Assembly (NCBI RefSeq): GCF_006345805.1
Contig: NC_043007.1
Coordinates: 52,080,001-52,144,000 of the forward strand
Length of the DNA stretch: 64,000 nucleotides
Reading direction: 5' to 3'
Source: Octopus sinensis
Lineage: Eukaryota
Shown here: one piece after another, positions 25,097-37,164 of the stretch
Position numbering within the stretch: position 1 is the first letter of the stretch
Layout: every line of letters begins with the position of its first letter
Made by a program: the position numbers and the translations under genes
The notes under the pieces: generated by a model
The model's database searches: none
Told to the model about the DNA's origin: nothing
Seen by the model: the letters and a program-made list of their open reading frames with translations, nothing else

Positions 25097-25632
25097 GCCC
25101 TCAAAATAAAGGTAGAAGAATATTGCAAAGCTGTGACATGAGGAGATATTGATAAATCAGGTATAACTGACCGTGTATGGAAAAACAGAGACTACCTCCC
25201 CCTTTGGGATGAAGTTAAAATAATAGACAGAGAACACCACTGGAAAGTACGAAAACTAAAAGAAGCAGCACATATGTTAGGACATAATAACCTCCTAAGC
25301 AGACCAAGTGCAGATATGAGTAGTATATGAGAACCAGCATTAAGGAAGGGTAGGAAAATATTAGATTTATAAGCCCTAAAATTCACTCCATAATTGCCCA
25401 TGGGCATATGGTGTAGTGGTTAAGAGTGTGGGCTACTAACCCCAAGATTCCGAGTTTGATTCCAGGCAGTGACCTGAATAATAATAATAATAATATTGAA
25501 AAATACCTTAGGAATGAGAACCTAGGTTCGAAATTACCCCAAGACACCTGATGAAGGCCGGAGAGTATATCAGCCAAAATGTTGTGTTAACAATAAACAA
25601 GATGAGGACAAATATCCGTCAAATGTAAATAA
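25097..25632 (+). mobile_element. 5'-truncated PLE: GIY-YIG C-terminus, tRNA-like cassette and hammerhead-like tail
   Basis: ALKIKVEEYCKAVT*GDIDKSGITDRVWK...LWDEVKIIDREHHWKVRKLKEAAHM...LSRPS. Followed by A-box TGGTGTAGTGG, B-box-like GAGTTTGATTCC, (AAT)n, then ACAC-CTGATGA...GTT-GTGT. Confidence 0.75.
25544..25587 (+). ncRNA. Decayed hammerhead motif (canonical CUGAUGA)
   Basis: ACAC-CTGATGA-A-GGCCG-(10 nt)-CAGCC-AAAAT-GTT-GTGT. AAAATG differs from GAAACG by two CpG-type transitions. Confidence 0.55.
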
Positions 25633-26072
25633 GAGATAAGGGAATACCACAACAAAGAACAGTGTGGGTATATAAGATGACATTTTCACAGATTGACTGC
25701 AAGTGTCAGTGATCCAAATCTAAGTGGATAAACTGACCCACAAGATCTATGACTAAGGTGTTTCATTATTACATTTATTTGAACACTTCAATACAGATAT
25801 TCAGCTACACTATTTCTCTCTCTGTCCTGCACTTTATTTTTCAAGAACTGTGTTCATAATCCACAATTTAATTCCTCATGATCCATGTTAACTCTAGATC
25901 CAAACTCATCCTATGGCAGACATTCTCTTTTCCTTTGCATTTTTAAGGTTAATGTTGAAGAACAACGTCCAGTTATTTGTAAAAAGTTAAATTTGAAACT
26001 AGATGACTACTGTTATTATTTTAACCATTAGTGACATAGTGTTTCACTGATTACGTTCTCATCCATATTTAG

Positions 26073-26163
26073 GTTGACCGAGTTATTTTCTGTATTTTCC
26101 TGTCCAAAGATGAAGACATTTACAGAGAGAAGATGCAGAAATATTTTCCCTTAAATGAGAAAA
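26073..26163 (+). CDS. MACROD1/2: MacroD exon VDRVIFCIFLSKDEDIYREKMQKYFPLNEK
   Basis: catatttag|GTT...AAA A|gtaagt, 91 nt, phase 0-1; matches the MacroD C-terminal VDRxIxCVFL..D..IY...M..YFP. Confidence 0.92.
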
Positions 26164-27244
26164 GTAAGTTGTTTATTGTTGATTTTTAGCCTAAAAGAAG
26201 CAAAAAGATTTTTGTTTATTAATGTCTCTCTCCTTCCCTCCTCCTCCATCCTCCTCTTCTACTTTGGTTACAGCTTCCACGAGAAACCATTTGTATGAAA
26301 CTCAGTAACAGTTGCTATAGCAACAATGAGGGTGTACCTCATCTAACTGGTCATGGGTAGTTTTATCGTAGAACTGGTCAACCATGGTTGACCTTGGGTC
26401 AAACAACGGTTACTAAAATAGCATATCTGGCAAAAAACATCAAATTCACTTCAAAAATTGGTGAAGTTAATAAGAGTGTCTGGTGGTGGTACTGGGTGAG
26501 TGTAGGTTTTTGGTGGTGATACTAGTTGGGAGATGTCTAGTGGTAACATTGAGTTGGTTGTGTCTGATGAAAATGTTGCTTGTGATGGAGTCTGGTAACA
26601 ATATTGAGTGGGGTTGTGTCATTTAGCCTCATATCTGCTGTAATCATAAAAATCCCATTTATTATTTATTTTTTCAGACATTGTATATCTTGGACTACCT
26701 TATTTGTGTACTTCATAGTTGTTAGATGATAAAATAAGAGCTGAAAAAGAAATGGCTGCTATTTCTGGTATGATTGTTTAGAAGTTTTGGTAAAGGATGG
26801 TACTGGTAACAATTAGAATAAAATTTTTCAGTTTATTTATAGATAGAGCCTTCATTTCAGGTTAAAAGTCCTCCAAAATATAAACAACTTCTCACAGACA
26901 TTTAGCAATGACTCACACACTTGCACAGATACATGTGATGTGGTCCATGATTGACCAGTATCTCTTAATGACCAATTTCATACTTTGTTCACTACTGACA
27001 TAGAAGTGTTGATGTTTCGAACACACATCACCCACATCCTTGCTCATGTCTTACCCACTCATGCCTTTCATCTCCACACTGCAAGACATTAGCCAATGTC
27101 TTACTCTCATATCCCCCTAGTTTCACATTCTCACTCCTACCTTTACTTTCTCCCCTTACTCTCACTTTACCTCCTATCCTCACTTCCCCCTTCTGCCTTC
27201 AATTTCTCTCTCTTACTCTTATTTCCCCATTTATCCAAACAGTA

Positions 27245-28065
27245 GTAATTATATTGGTTTCAGGTTTTGGCACAAGACCAGCAATTTTGGGCAGAGTGTA
27301 AGTCTATTACAGCAACCCCGGTGCTCCACTGGTACTTATTTTATTGACCCTAAAAAGATGAAAGGCAAAGTTGACCTTGGTGGAATTTGAACTCAGCACA
27401 TAAAAACAGTTGAAATGCTGCTAAACATTTTGTCCAGCACTGTAACAATTCTGCCAGCTTTCCACCTTACAACTGTAGTAACTATTAACTAAAAGCTTTG
27501 ATTTTTGTTTTAAAATGTTGTTCATTTTCCATGGAGGAAAATAATGGATTATATAATTATGAAGTCCATTCTTTTTTGGGGAGTATCAGTTTTTATAGAA
27601 GTAAATTTGATGTGGAATAATGAATTTTGTTCATGAATCAACAGCTAAGGTTTTATTATTTAAATGTGACTTAGTCACTGAATCTAGGATTTCCCACCTT
27701 CTTTCAACTGCCAAGGCCACATATAATTTCATTAGAGTTTCAACCAGTCTCCCCTTCTCATTGCAAAATACTTGCGCGATAAATTTGCCGATTAAAATAT
27801 ATATGTGTATTAATTTAGAATTGATATTTAATAATAATAATAACTAACTGAACCCATGAAAAATCCACGGAAAACATTAAAAGTGTAAGCATCTGTGAAC
27901 AGTGTACTGGTGCCATAAGAAATGTTTGTATATTATGACTCTGAATTCAAATTCTGCTGAGGTCGACTTTGCCTTTCGTCCTTCGGGGCTTGATAAATTA
28001 AGTACTAGTTGTGTACTGGGGTTGATCTAATCAACTGGCCCCCTCCCAACAAAAATTCAGGCCTA
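27245..28065. mobile_element. Two second-family SINEs (about 27245-27470 minus, 27880-28065 plus) flanking an older repeat (27620-27850)
   Basis: SINE family motifs; 27620-27850 is homologous to 34930-35560. Confidence 0.6.
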
Positions 28066-28234
28066 GAAACGTATATTGTGACAGTCACAGAATATAGAAA
28101 ATAATGTAACACCAATGACTATATAATCCAACCAAAATATCTGTTACACAAACGTAAACGGAATTACTATTTAACCTTAGAATACATCATACATATTCAA
28201 AGAGTCTTCTTGGTTTAGTGGTACGGAACGGTTT

Positions 28235-28560
28235 TCTAGTATTCTTTTACTTGTTTCAGTCATTTGACGGTGGCCATGCTAGAGCACAACCCCTCAGTCA
28301 AAGAAATTGGCCCCTGGACTTATTTCCTGTAAGCCTGGTGCTTATTCTATCAGTCTCTTCTGCTGAACAGCTAAATTACAGACGCATATGCACCAACATT
28401 GGGGTGAAGCAATGGTGGTGGTGGTGGTGGTGGTGGAACAAACACAAACACACACATACATACATATACACATACATAATGCATACTTGCATGCATGGAT
28501 GCATGATGGGCTTGGAGGTAGTAGTGATGTTGGCTGGTGCGATTTTGTGGTTTGCTGGTA
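28235..28560 (-). mobile_element. tRNA-headed SINE, 3' part
   Basis: TACTTGTTTCAGTCATTTGAC...CTTATTCTATC family motif. Confidence 0.7.
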
Positions 28561-28677
28561 TGCCAAGAGAGATCCGGCTCACTATCGTATACATGCACAC
28601 ATATACACAAACATACCTAGAGAGAGAGGCAGGCAGACAGACAGTAAGTGTCAGATAGTCCACAACAAAGTTTTCAC

Positions 28678-28699
<22 letters not shown>

Positions 28700-28713
<14 letters not shown>

Positions 28714-31700
28714 GCCACTGACTGGATTGTTTTTCTGTCCTGTTATTCTTTACTCCACTGTGAAAGATTGTTTTTGTGCTTGAGATTGTGAAAATTTACT
28801 GCTGTTAGAGCAGAATTTTTCTGTCCTTTCCTCCTTGTTTCAAGGGGGAAATAGCGAAAAACATGATTTTATCACCAATTTCTTCGGCCTCAGAGGAAAA
28901 CATCGAGAATTTGTTTCAAGGCATAGAGAGGAGTATGAGGGAGGAGAGCGGTAAAGATATAGTGGCGTTGCACACGCTTGTTACAAAGGCAGACGATAAA
29001 ATGTCTAGCGAGGCTACACAAGCGGAAAAGTCTAGAGTTAATTTTGCAAGTGCAGCAACTCACTCCTGTGAAAATTATTCAAATAAACAAGGACAATTTT
29101 TTAAAATATCAAAGTTTACTACAAAAGGAAGGTGAAAATGTGAAGTTGCTCCCTCCCAGTGAATTAATCAACACGACGGAGAGAAAAACTCTAATATATA
29201 AGACTTACCATGTCAAAAATAGAAAAATTGACTTCATGACAAGGGAAGCCATAGAGAAATGCTTGAGGCCTATATAGCAAGAAACAAGTTATATAGTGAG
29301 GGGTTGTTGCTTCGGCACTGCAGAGGTGCATTTCCCTAGTGAAGAAAAAACCAGGGAACATTCAACAACGACATTGAAGTCGGAAGAGGTAGTTCTCCTG
29401 CCGACTTACTTAGGAAGGAGAACTTCAAAAGTCAGGGTCAGTGATATACCACCCGAAATAGATGTGGCCTGGCTGCTAGCCACTATCCTCATGGGCAGAG
29501 AGGAAAAATTACCATTCTACAGATGAAGAGATACCACCATATGAACTGGGTTGGACAGGCCTTAGAGCTGGTTATCCAAGCAAACCCCATCAGTTTAGAA
29601 GAAATGCAAGCTCAATTATAATTGAGGAAGATACCAGCCTGATGGTGATTGTCGAGGGGCGAAAGCTGAATGCTATAAATGTGGCGAAAAAGGCCACATA
29701 AGGTCGAATTGTAAGAAGAAAGAAACAGTCAAAGGAAATGCAGTAGAAAAGGCAAGCACGCCACTGAAGAAAACAACCACACTGCTAGAAATAGCAGCCA
29801 CATCGTGCGCACAAATTACCAAAGTACAGCCGACAGCGTGAGAAAACAACAGCTGCAACCAGGAGTGGGTCGCTGCAGAACCTTCAAAAAGAAGATGGAA
29901 ACGAAAAGAACCCCCCTCTTCAGATACACAGGACTATGCTCTGAGAGAGACAAACACACCTACACTCACAAATACAGCCACAAACACACTGAAAAAAGCA
30001 CACAAAAATACACACACCTACCACAAGCACACACACACACCTACAAACACGAATCTACAAGCACATACACACCCACAAGCACCCCCACCTCCACAATCGC
30101 CTAATGAAAAAAGATAAACAACGGCGACAAACAAAAATAATAAACTCTTAAGAGACCAAATCCTTTTAATAAAATCGACGAAAATATATATCGCAGCAGA
30201 TTTAAATAGTACAATTCTTGCAAATGTCAAGTTTTATATCATCAACAGCACAGAGTATTTCGAACTAAAAAAATCTTTTGTGGAGGACGTCGGCCTGTTA
30301 GAAATGAACTTTTCGAAGGCAATTCTCTAAAAAAATGACCTCGCAAACCACAACACTTACAGACAGAAAAGAGGAGGGTGAAACTACACCCTCTCTCTCA
30401 TTAAAACAGTAAGTTTTCAACATACGATCTAGTTTTCACATTCTCGTTTAAACTCGGTTGTTTAAATGTATGCAGCCTGGGGTCGGATTGGAAGTAAGGC
30501 TGCCTCCTTGATGACCATGGGTTGCATCGTTTGGATGTAGTTGTAATTACCGAATCTAGACTGAGTGGGCTGCAGGCTTTTTCACCTCTTCTAAAGAGCT
30601 ACGAGAAATACGCCAACTGGGAAGGGGTGGAGGAGTGGCAATGCTAGTCAGGAAAAACATGGATTTAGAGATTAGAACTGTCTTTATAGTCCAGAAGGCA
30701 GATTGGTCAATTTGGATGTGACGCACTGAGTTAAAATTCCACTGAGGTCAATTTTACCTTTCATCCTTTCGGGGTCAATAAATTAAATACCAGTGAAATA
30801 CTGGGGTCAATGTAATCAACTAGTCCCCTTCCTCAAAAGCCTAGAGAATTTTCTTGGCATGTCAAACATGTTAGTATTGCTAGTTGACTTAAACACAATC
30901 TGCGATGCACGCATAGATTATGTTGGCTCGAGAGAGAATAGTAGAGGATACCCTTACCTGAACAATCTGCTAGGTCATTTCGAGTTGGCAGATCGATTCA
31001 GACTGGATCACCCAGACATTCCAGCATGGACCTGGGCAAGAAACGAGTCGTCCAGATCTTACATAGATAGAATCATTACTAGAAGGAAAGATAAGAAAAT
31101 ACTTAGCTGTCCAAAACACTATATCATCAGCTACAGCGATCACAAATTAGTGACCTGTACGCTCGAGGTACCGAGGTAGATGAGGTACCGGTTACTGGAA
31201 GTTAAACAAGTCGCTATTGGACTGTGAAGCCTACAGGAAGCAGATTAGACAGTTAGTAATGAGAACGTTCACTGGATCCATTATCAACAACAAATGGTGG
31301 TACGCCCTGAATTGAGCCGGTTAGGTTTAGCAAAGAATTAGCTAGTGCTAGAAACAAAGTAGAAAAGGAACTAGTTAAGGCAGTAGACGAGGCAAAGAGG
31401 CAGGAAGGGATCAACATGGCCAGATGGGCCCAAGTGGTAGAGAGCCAGCGTGGCAACAACTCAACCATTTGATCTTTGATGGACCCACATGGTCGATCAG
31501 TAAACGAACCCGAGGAGATGCGCAAGGTGTTTCACGATCATTTTGCCCAGCTATTTGAGCGTGGGGAGAAGCTCACAGACTTCCTAGCCGGTTCGTCGCA
31601 TCTTTCAGGGCGGAATGCGAAATCTTGTGAAGCGCTGATCATAGCCAAGGAAGTCAAGGATGTGTTGGCAGACTGCTGCGGGGACAAATCGCTGGGACTC

Positions 31701-33575
31701 AATGGTCTGCTTTATGAACTCTATAGTAGCATGCCAGACTTGTTTAGGCACCTACTTGCATGCGTGTACACCAACTGGCTGCAGAACTGGAGAATTCCCA
31801 AGTCTGTGAGTCGATGACCGGTGGTGCTGTTAAGAAAAGACCCAAACAAGGGGGATTTAATTGATAATTTTCAGCCCATCACTCTGCTGAACACAGAGTT
31901 GAAGATTTTGGCCAAGGTTTTAGCAAAAAGGTTGGCTTGGGTTAACTTGTTGGCAAGGCGCAAACTTGCACCATCCCTGGCAGGATCATCCACAACAATC
32001 TCCACTTTCTACGCTATGCCTTAGAAAGGGTAAATAGGACTCCTGGCAAGGGTGGGGCTATGGTCCATTTAGACCAATTGAAAGCGTTCGATAGGGTAGA
32101 CCATCAGTATCTGGAAGCAGTCCTCGCGGCGGCTGGCTTTGGCCTGACCTTCCGCGGATGGATCAACGCTTTAAACAGCAACATTGGATTGGTAGTTCGG
32201 GTGAACGGTTTCTTTTCAGAGCCATTCTGCATTGAACAATCGGTACATCAAGGGTGCCCTCTCTCCCTGCTTCTCTATGTTTTGGCCTGCGAGCCATTGC
32301 TGAGGAAGTTGGAAGCTATGAGGGGCACTCCGCAAGTTCTAGGTTGCGGAAAGTCAACTTTGGCATATGCGGACAACATCACCATCATCATATCCCGGGT
32401 CGAGTACCTACAGTGGGTAGGTGAGGCCTTAAGAGATTACGAAGCGGTGGCAGGAGCGAAAATAAATTGGGATATATCGGTCAGCTTGCAACTCGATACC
32501 TGGAGGGGCAAGTCAATGCCTTCCGACAGCATTGTGGGACGTTGGACAGAAGGGCCAGTGAAAATGCTTGGAGTCTGGTTAGGTCCAGATCTCCAGATAG
32601 AGAAGAATTGGAGTGAGGTGGCGAGCAAGGTAGCTCTCATAACTCAGACCTGTTCTGAGCAAAGGCTGTCCTTGAAAGGGAGGGCAGAGGTGTTTATCAC
32701 CTCTGTAATCACTTACCGCCTGACTGTTGTGCCTTGCCCCGATTCGTGGCTGAACAAGCTGGAAGGCATGCTCTTTCGCTTTTTGTGGAGGGGCAGCAGA
32801 CCTCTTGTAAGGCGCTCTATCTGCTGCCAAAAGCCACTGAAGGGTGGGCTAGGGATGCCGGGGCTAAAAATGCGCAGACTTAGGCACCTCTGGCTTTACC
32901 TGGACATTGAGCAGATGTGGTCTCTGTTCGTCAAGCTGTTATTTCCACAGTTTGCATCATTTACCAAACTGAACCCATGGATCAAGTGTAGACCGAGGTT
33001 GGGCGTGTGGCATGCTGAGTGCCATCAGGCACTCGTGCTTCTCTCCCAGTCGGGCAATGCCGGTGGCGTGGGTACTACCTCGTTCTTCTACAGAGGGTTA
33101 GTAGAGTTCAGGTGTCACGGTGTCCTGGGAGAAACCCTAGGCTTTGACGAAGATAACTGGCCAACCTGTTCCAAAAAACATTTGGGCCAGGGCATATGGA
33201 TACAATTAAATGAAGCGGAGGACATGGTCGACCCCATAAAACACATACTCACACTCAGTAGTTGCTTTTGCGAAAGAGGTAGTATGGAAGATGAGTGAAA
33301 GGAATTGCAACAGGCATGTTCATCTCCAATTTCAAATTAATTAACTTTTTCGTTTTCCACATGAAACGGAAAATAAGGCTGGAGAAGAAATGCCTGTCGC
33401 AAGTGTGTTTCGTAAAAGATGGAAGTCTATAGCAAGTATGTTGCGAGTGAAAGAACTTGTCTAAACGAGAATATAAAAAGGAAAAAGCAAAGTCTTCAGT
33501 GTGAGTATGTGTTTTATGGGGTCGACCACGTCCTCCGGTTCATTTTTTGTAAATCACTCATTCTCATTTAATTGT
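28700..33575 (+). mobile_element. Near full-length degenerate Tx1/L1-clade LINE (ORF1 knuckle, APE, RT)
   Basis: ORF1 CYKCGEKGHIRSNC; APE SYIDRI and SDHK; RT FQPITLLNTELKIL, DQLKAFDRV, QGCPLS and YADN. A SINE is inserted at about 30728-30850. ORF2 C-terminus at 33260-33470. Confidence 0.88.
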
Positions 33576-33583
33576 ATATATTT

Positions 33584-33880
33584 TGTTGTGTCTGGGGAGA
33601 GTCATTTTCTTTTTGTGCCTTATTATGTAACACACTCACCAGTAAAATTTCCACTTTTTTCTTATTTTTATTGTCCTAAAATTTCCGTTGCGTCTTGCAA
33701 CCTTTTCAATAGTCTTAACTCTAAACTATTGAAAAGGTTGCAAGAGAGTCAAAACTATTGAAAAGTTTGCAAGACGCAATGAAAATTTTAGGACAATAAA
33801 AATAAAAAAGTGGAAATTTTACCGGTGAGTGTGTTACATAATACGGCACAAAAAGAAAATGACTCTCCCCAGACACAACA
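33584..33880. mobile_element. Palindrome of two tail-out PLE-type 3' ends with hammerhead-like motifs
   Basis: Arms about 130 bp; motifs at 33676-33712 (minus) and 33755-33791 (plus); a single-arm homolog lies at 14926. Confidence 0.65.
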
Positions 33881-34564
33881 GAATATGCTTCAACACACGA
33901 ACTCATATAAAGAATCTTGCAAACCAAATCCAAAAACGAAACGTATATATTTTAATTGTTTGTTTATTCATATGTTTCGTGTCATTCGATACCCTGACCC
34001 CAATATTTGTTTTGTCTGTCCTCGTATCGTCCCCTCTTTTTCTCAACCTCATGTTTAATAAAGAAATTGACTGGAATTGTTTTAGTTGTCTTCAAAAGTG
34101 AAATTGACATCCAATATTTGCTGTGTGTAAGTATCTACTGTCTCACTATCTCTTTCTCTTTCACTTCCTTTGTGTTCCTCTTCTCTCCTGCTTTTGATTT
34201 AACAATGTGTATATGTATCTATGTATCGACTTCTCTTGCAATAAACACTCACTTTCTCTTGCACTCTCTCTCTCTCTTTGTCACTCACCTTTTCTCTCTC
34301 TCACTATCTTTCTCTCTTAGGTCCTCTCTGAAACATTTAAAAAGACAAAACGAACACCGTCACCACTCACTGTCTCTCTCACTTTCTCTTTCTCACTCAC
34401 TCTCTCTTTCTCACTCTCTCTCTTTCTCACTCTTTCCTTCTCACTCACTCTCTCTTTCTCACTCCTCTTACTTTCTCTCTGTCCTCCTCTCTCTCACTTT
34501 GCCACTTTGAAATATGACACACACCACAGGTACATAAAAAAGTTAGCATATTAATATTGATGAT

Positions 34565-34760
34565 CCTTTCTACTAGAGGCACAAAGCTTGAAATTTGGAG
34601 GAAGGGGACTAGTTGATTACATTGACCCAGTATTTCACTGGTATTTAATTTATTGACCCCGAAAGGATGAAAGGTAAAGTTGACCTCAGTGGAATTTTAA
34701 CTCAGAATATAGCGACTGGCGAAGTACCACTAAGTATTTCTTCCAGCATTCTAACATTAA
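34565..34760 (-). mobile_element. Second-family SINE
   Basis: Family motifs on the reverse strand. Confidence 0.7.
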
Positions 34761-35119
34761 TAATAATTATAATAATAGCAAAATACTATGATTTTTCTTT
34801 TAAGCCCATCTAGTTCTGTGGTGTGTAAACTTAGCTTGCACAAGGTCTGTGCCCAACATCTGTCATATATTTAACTTAGCTTCCCTAATGTCGTTTCATT
34901 TCTTCGCTGCCATTCAGGAACCAACAGCTCAATTGTTCTTGAATCAGCAGCTAAATTTTTATTATCATTCAAATGTGGCTTAATTAATGAATCTAGGATT
35001 CCCCCACCTTCTTTCAACATCTTTTGCCAAAGCCACATATAATTTCATTTCAATTTCAGCCAGTCTCCCTTTCTCATTGCAAAATGCTTATGCGATAAAT
35101 TTGCTGATTAAAATGTACA

Positions 35120-35515
35120 TGTGCATTTACTCTTTTACTTGTTTCAGTCATTTGACTGTAGCTATGCTGGAGCACCACCTTTTAGCCGAGCAAATCGACC
35201 CCAGGACTTATTCTTTGTAAGCTTAGTACTTATTCTATCAGTCGCTTTTTGCTGAACCGCTAAGTTACGGGGATGTAAACACACCAGCATCAGTTGTCAA
35301 GCGATGTTGGGGGGACAAACACAGACACACAAATATATACACACACACATACATATATACGACGGGCTCCTTTCAGTTTCCGTCTACCAAATCCCCTCAC
35401 AAGGCTTTGGTCGGCCGAGGCTGTAGTAGAAGACACTTGCCCAAGGTGCCACACAGTGGGACTGAACCTGGAACCATGTAGTTCGTAAGCAAGCTACTTA
35501 CCACACAGCCACTCT
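35120..35515 (-). mobile_element. Full-length tRNA-headed SINE
   Basis: Complete reverse complement of the 7590-type family. Confidence 0.85.
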
Positions 35516-36129
35516 ATGCCTATTGTGTATGTGTATTAATTTAATGTTGATATTTAATGATGATGATGATAATAATAGCTAAATAATAAGTAAATACTAA
35601 CCCCATCTAGTTATGTGGTTTGTAAACTTAATTTGCACAAGGTCTGTGCCCATTTTGGACACCCTTTATGCCCACCCACCCTAGCACACCACCATTATTT
35701 TAATTCATACATTAACTTTTTCACCTGGTGACTCATAAGGAGGGCTTCTGTGCTGTGTGTGTGTGTGTGTGTGTGTGAATACATATTTTGATTATACCCT
35801 TATACCCTCATGCAGGCACCCAGATGAGTGTTGTATATAGTTCAAGGTACCTCATATAAATATTTAATCATATAATACTTGAACTATCCTATGTAACCAC
35901 CCTATTCCTCTCTTCCAGGTCAAAGTACATTCTCTCTTCTCATACCCACTTCATCTCTTGTTGGCTCTTGCTCTGGATATTGTATAGAATGGGGGAAACT
36001 GATACATTTTTATTCACTGAGTAAACTATGTATCAAAGCTCTATACTAGCTGGCAAGCATTTACACAGATCTTTTCAGGTGATGACAAAATTTCCACTAC
36101 TACTTTCCTGCCACCTCTCCCAAGTACTC

Positions 36130-36310
36130 AATCTCAGGACCACTACCATCAATACTGGCACAATGAAACGAAGAAGTGGGGAAGATTATTAAAATGTTGG
36201 AGGTATGCCATGTTGATGTGTGTGGTGTGCAAGAAGTAAGATGGAGGGGAACCTCAGCTAGATTCCTCATGGGCAAGAGACAGATTCAAATTCATCTGAG
36301 TTGGCATGAG
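36130..36310 (+). mobile_element. RTE APE N-terminal fragment
   Basis: Degenerate TINTGTM...QEVRWRG; similar to 48835-48960. Confidence 0.55.
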
Positions 36311-36539
36311 GGATAGAGTGGGTGGTGTAAGCATACTGTTAGCAGAAAAGTGGGTAAATAAGGTAATTGAGGTGTGTATAGGTAGGGGAGGAAGGAGGAA
36401 GATGACATGTGCAGACTAGTTTTACTATAGCAACCAGTCTGCTTCGTGTAGTTCTTTCCTCTTGTTCATGGCTGGTCTCAATTTGTTTATAAGGAGGGCT
36501 TCCATAATTCTGAGATTGCCCCTGTTGCATTGGGTTGCC

Positions 36540-36925
36540 TTAACAGAAACTGAAATTCTGAGTTTGGCACTTTCTAAGGTATTTCTTTATTGAAGTGTCT
36601 GTGTGCAAGTTCTCCTTTATTTGGACGTGTAGCTTCCTAGTGGTGCTCCCTGTATAAGATGCTCTGCATTTACTGCAAACTATTTCATATACTACATAGG
36701 CCTTCAAGTATATTTTGATGTTGTCAATGAGGCAGTTGGTGAGTGTGCACCCCACAGTGCTCTCTGTGGCATTTTTCATCAACAGAACTTTTCTCAAGGA
36801 TAGACCACTGTGTACCAACTGTATGTTGAGTTCCTCCCTGCGAATAGCATGTTGAACTACTGCAGTTATTCTGTTGTCATAGTAGGGTAGTTTAAGGAGG
36901 CACTTTTCTGACTTGGTGTTGTGGG
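36540..36925 (-). mobile_element. PLE GIY-YIG fragment
   Basis: VVYEIVCSKCRASYTGSTTRKLHVQIKE, a GIY-YIG N-terminal pattern. Confidence 0.65.
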
Positions 36926-36941
36926 CTTTCTTATATCATTT

Positions 36942-36982
<41 letters not shown>

Positions 36983-36985
<3 letters not shown>

Positions 36986-37127
36986 GAATTCACAAAAAAA
37001 ACAAAAGACGAAGGCAGGTGGTGTAGACAACAAACAGATATATTAGTATAACACTAGGTAAGTGAAAAAGTCTTTAACGTTTCAAGCTTACACTCGTCCA
37101 CAGAAGGAAACAAGGAGAGAAAATAAA

Positions 37128-37130
<3 letters not shown>
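36983..37130 (-). mobile_element. PLE-type 3' end with A6U hammerhead-like motif (37071-37107)
   Basis: CCTT-CTGTGGA-C-GAGT-GTAA-GCTT-GAAA-CG-TT-AAAGA; flanked by (TA)n on both sides. Confidence 0.55.

Positions 37131-37160
<30 letters not shown>

Positions 37161-37164
<4 letters not shown>

Noticed and set aside
25402-25472. Functional tRNA gene
   Set aside because: Weak acceptor and anticodon stems, altered B-box, and embedded in an element; treated as a tRNA-like cassette.
26376-26393. Perfect palindrome GGTCAACCATGGTTGACC
   Set aside because: Short and isolated, with no supporting context.
32060-33298. 412-aa ORF as an intact gene
   Set aside because: Part of a Tx1 ORF2 broken by upstream stops; the C-terminus is frameshifted into an inverted segment.
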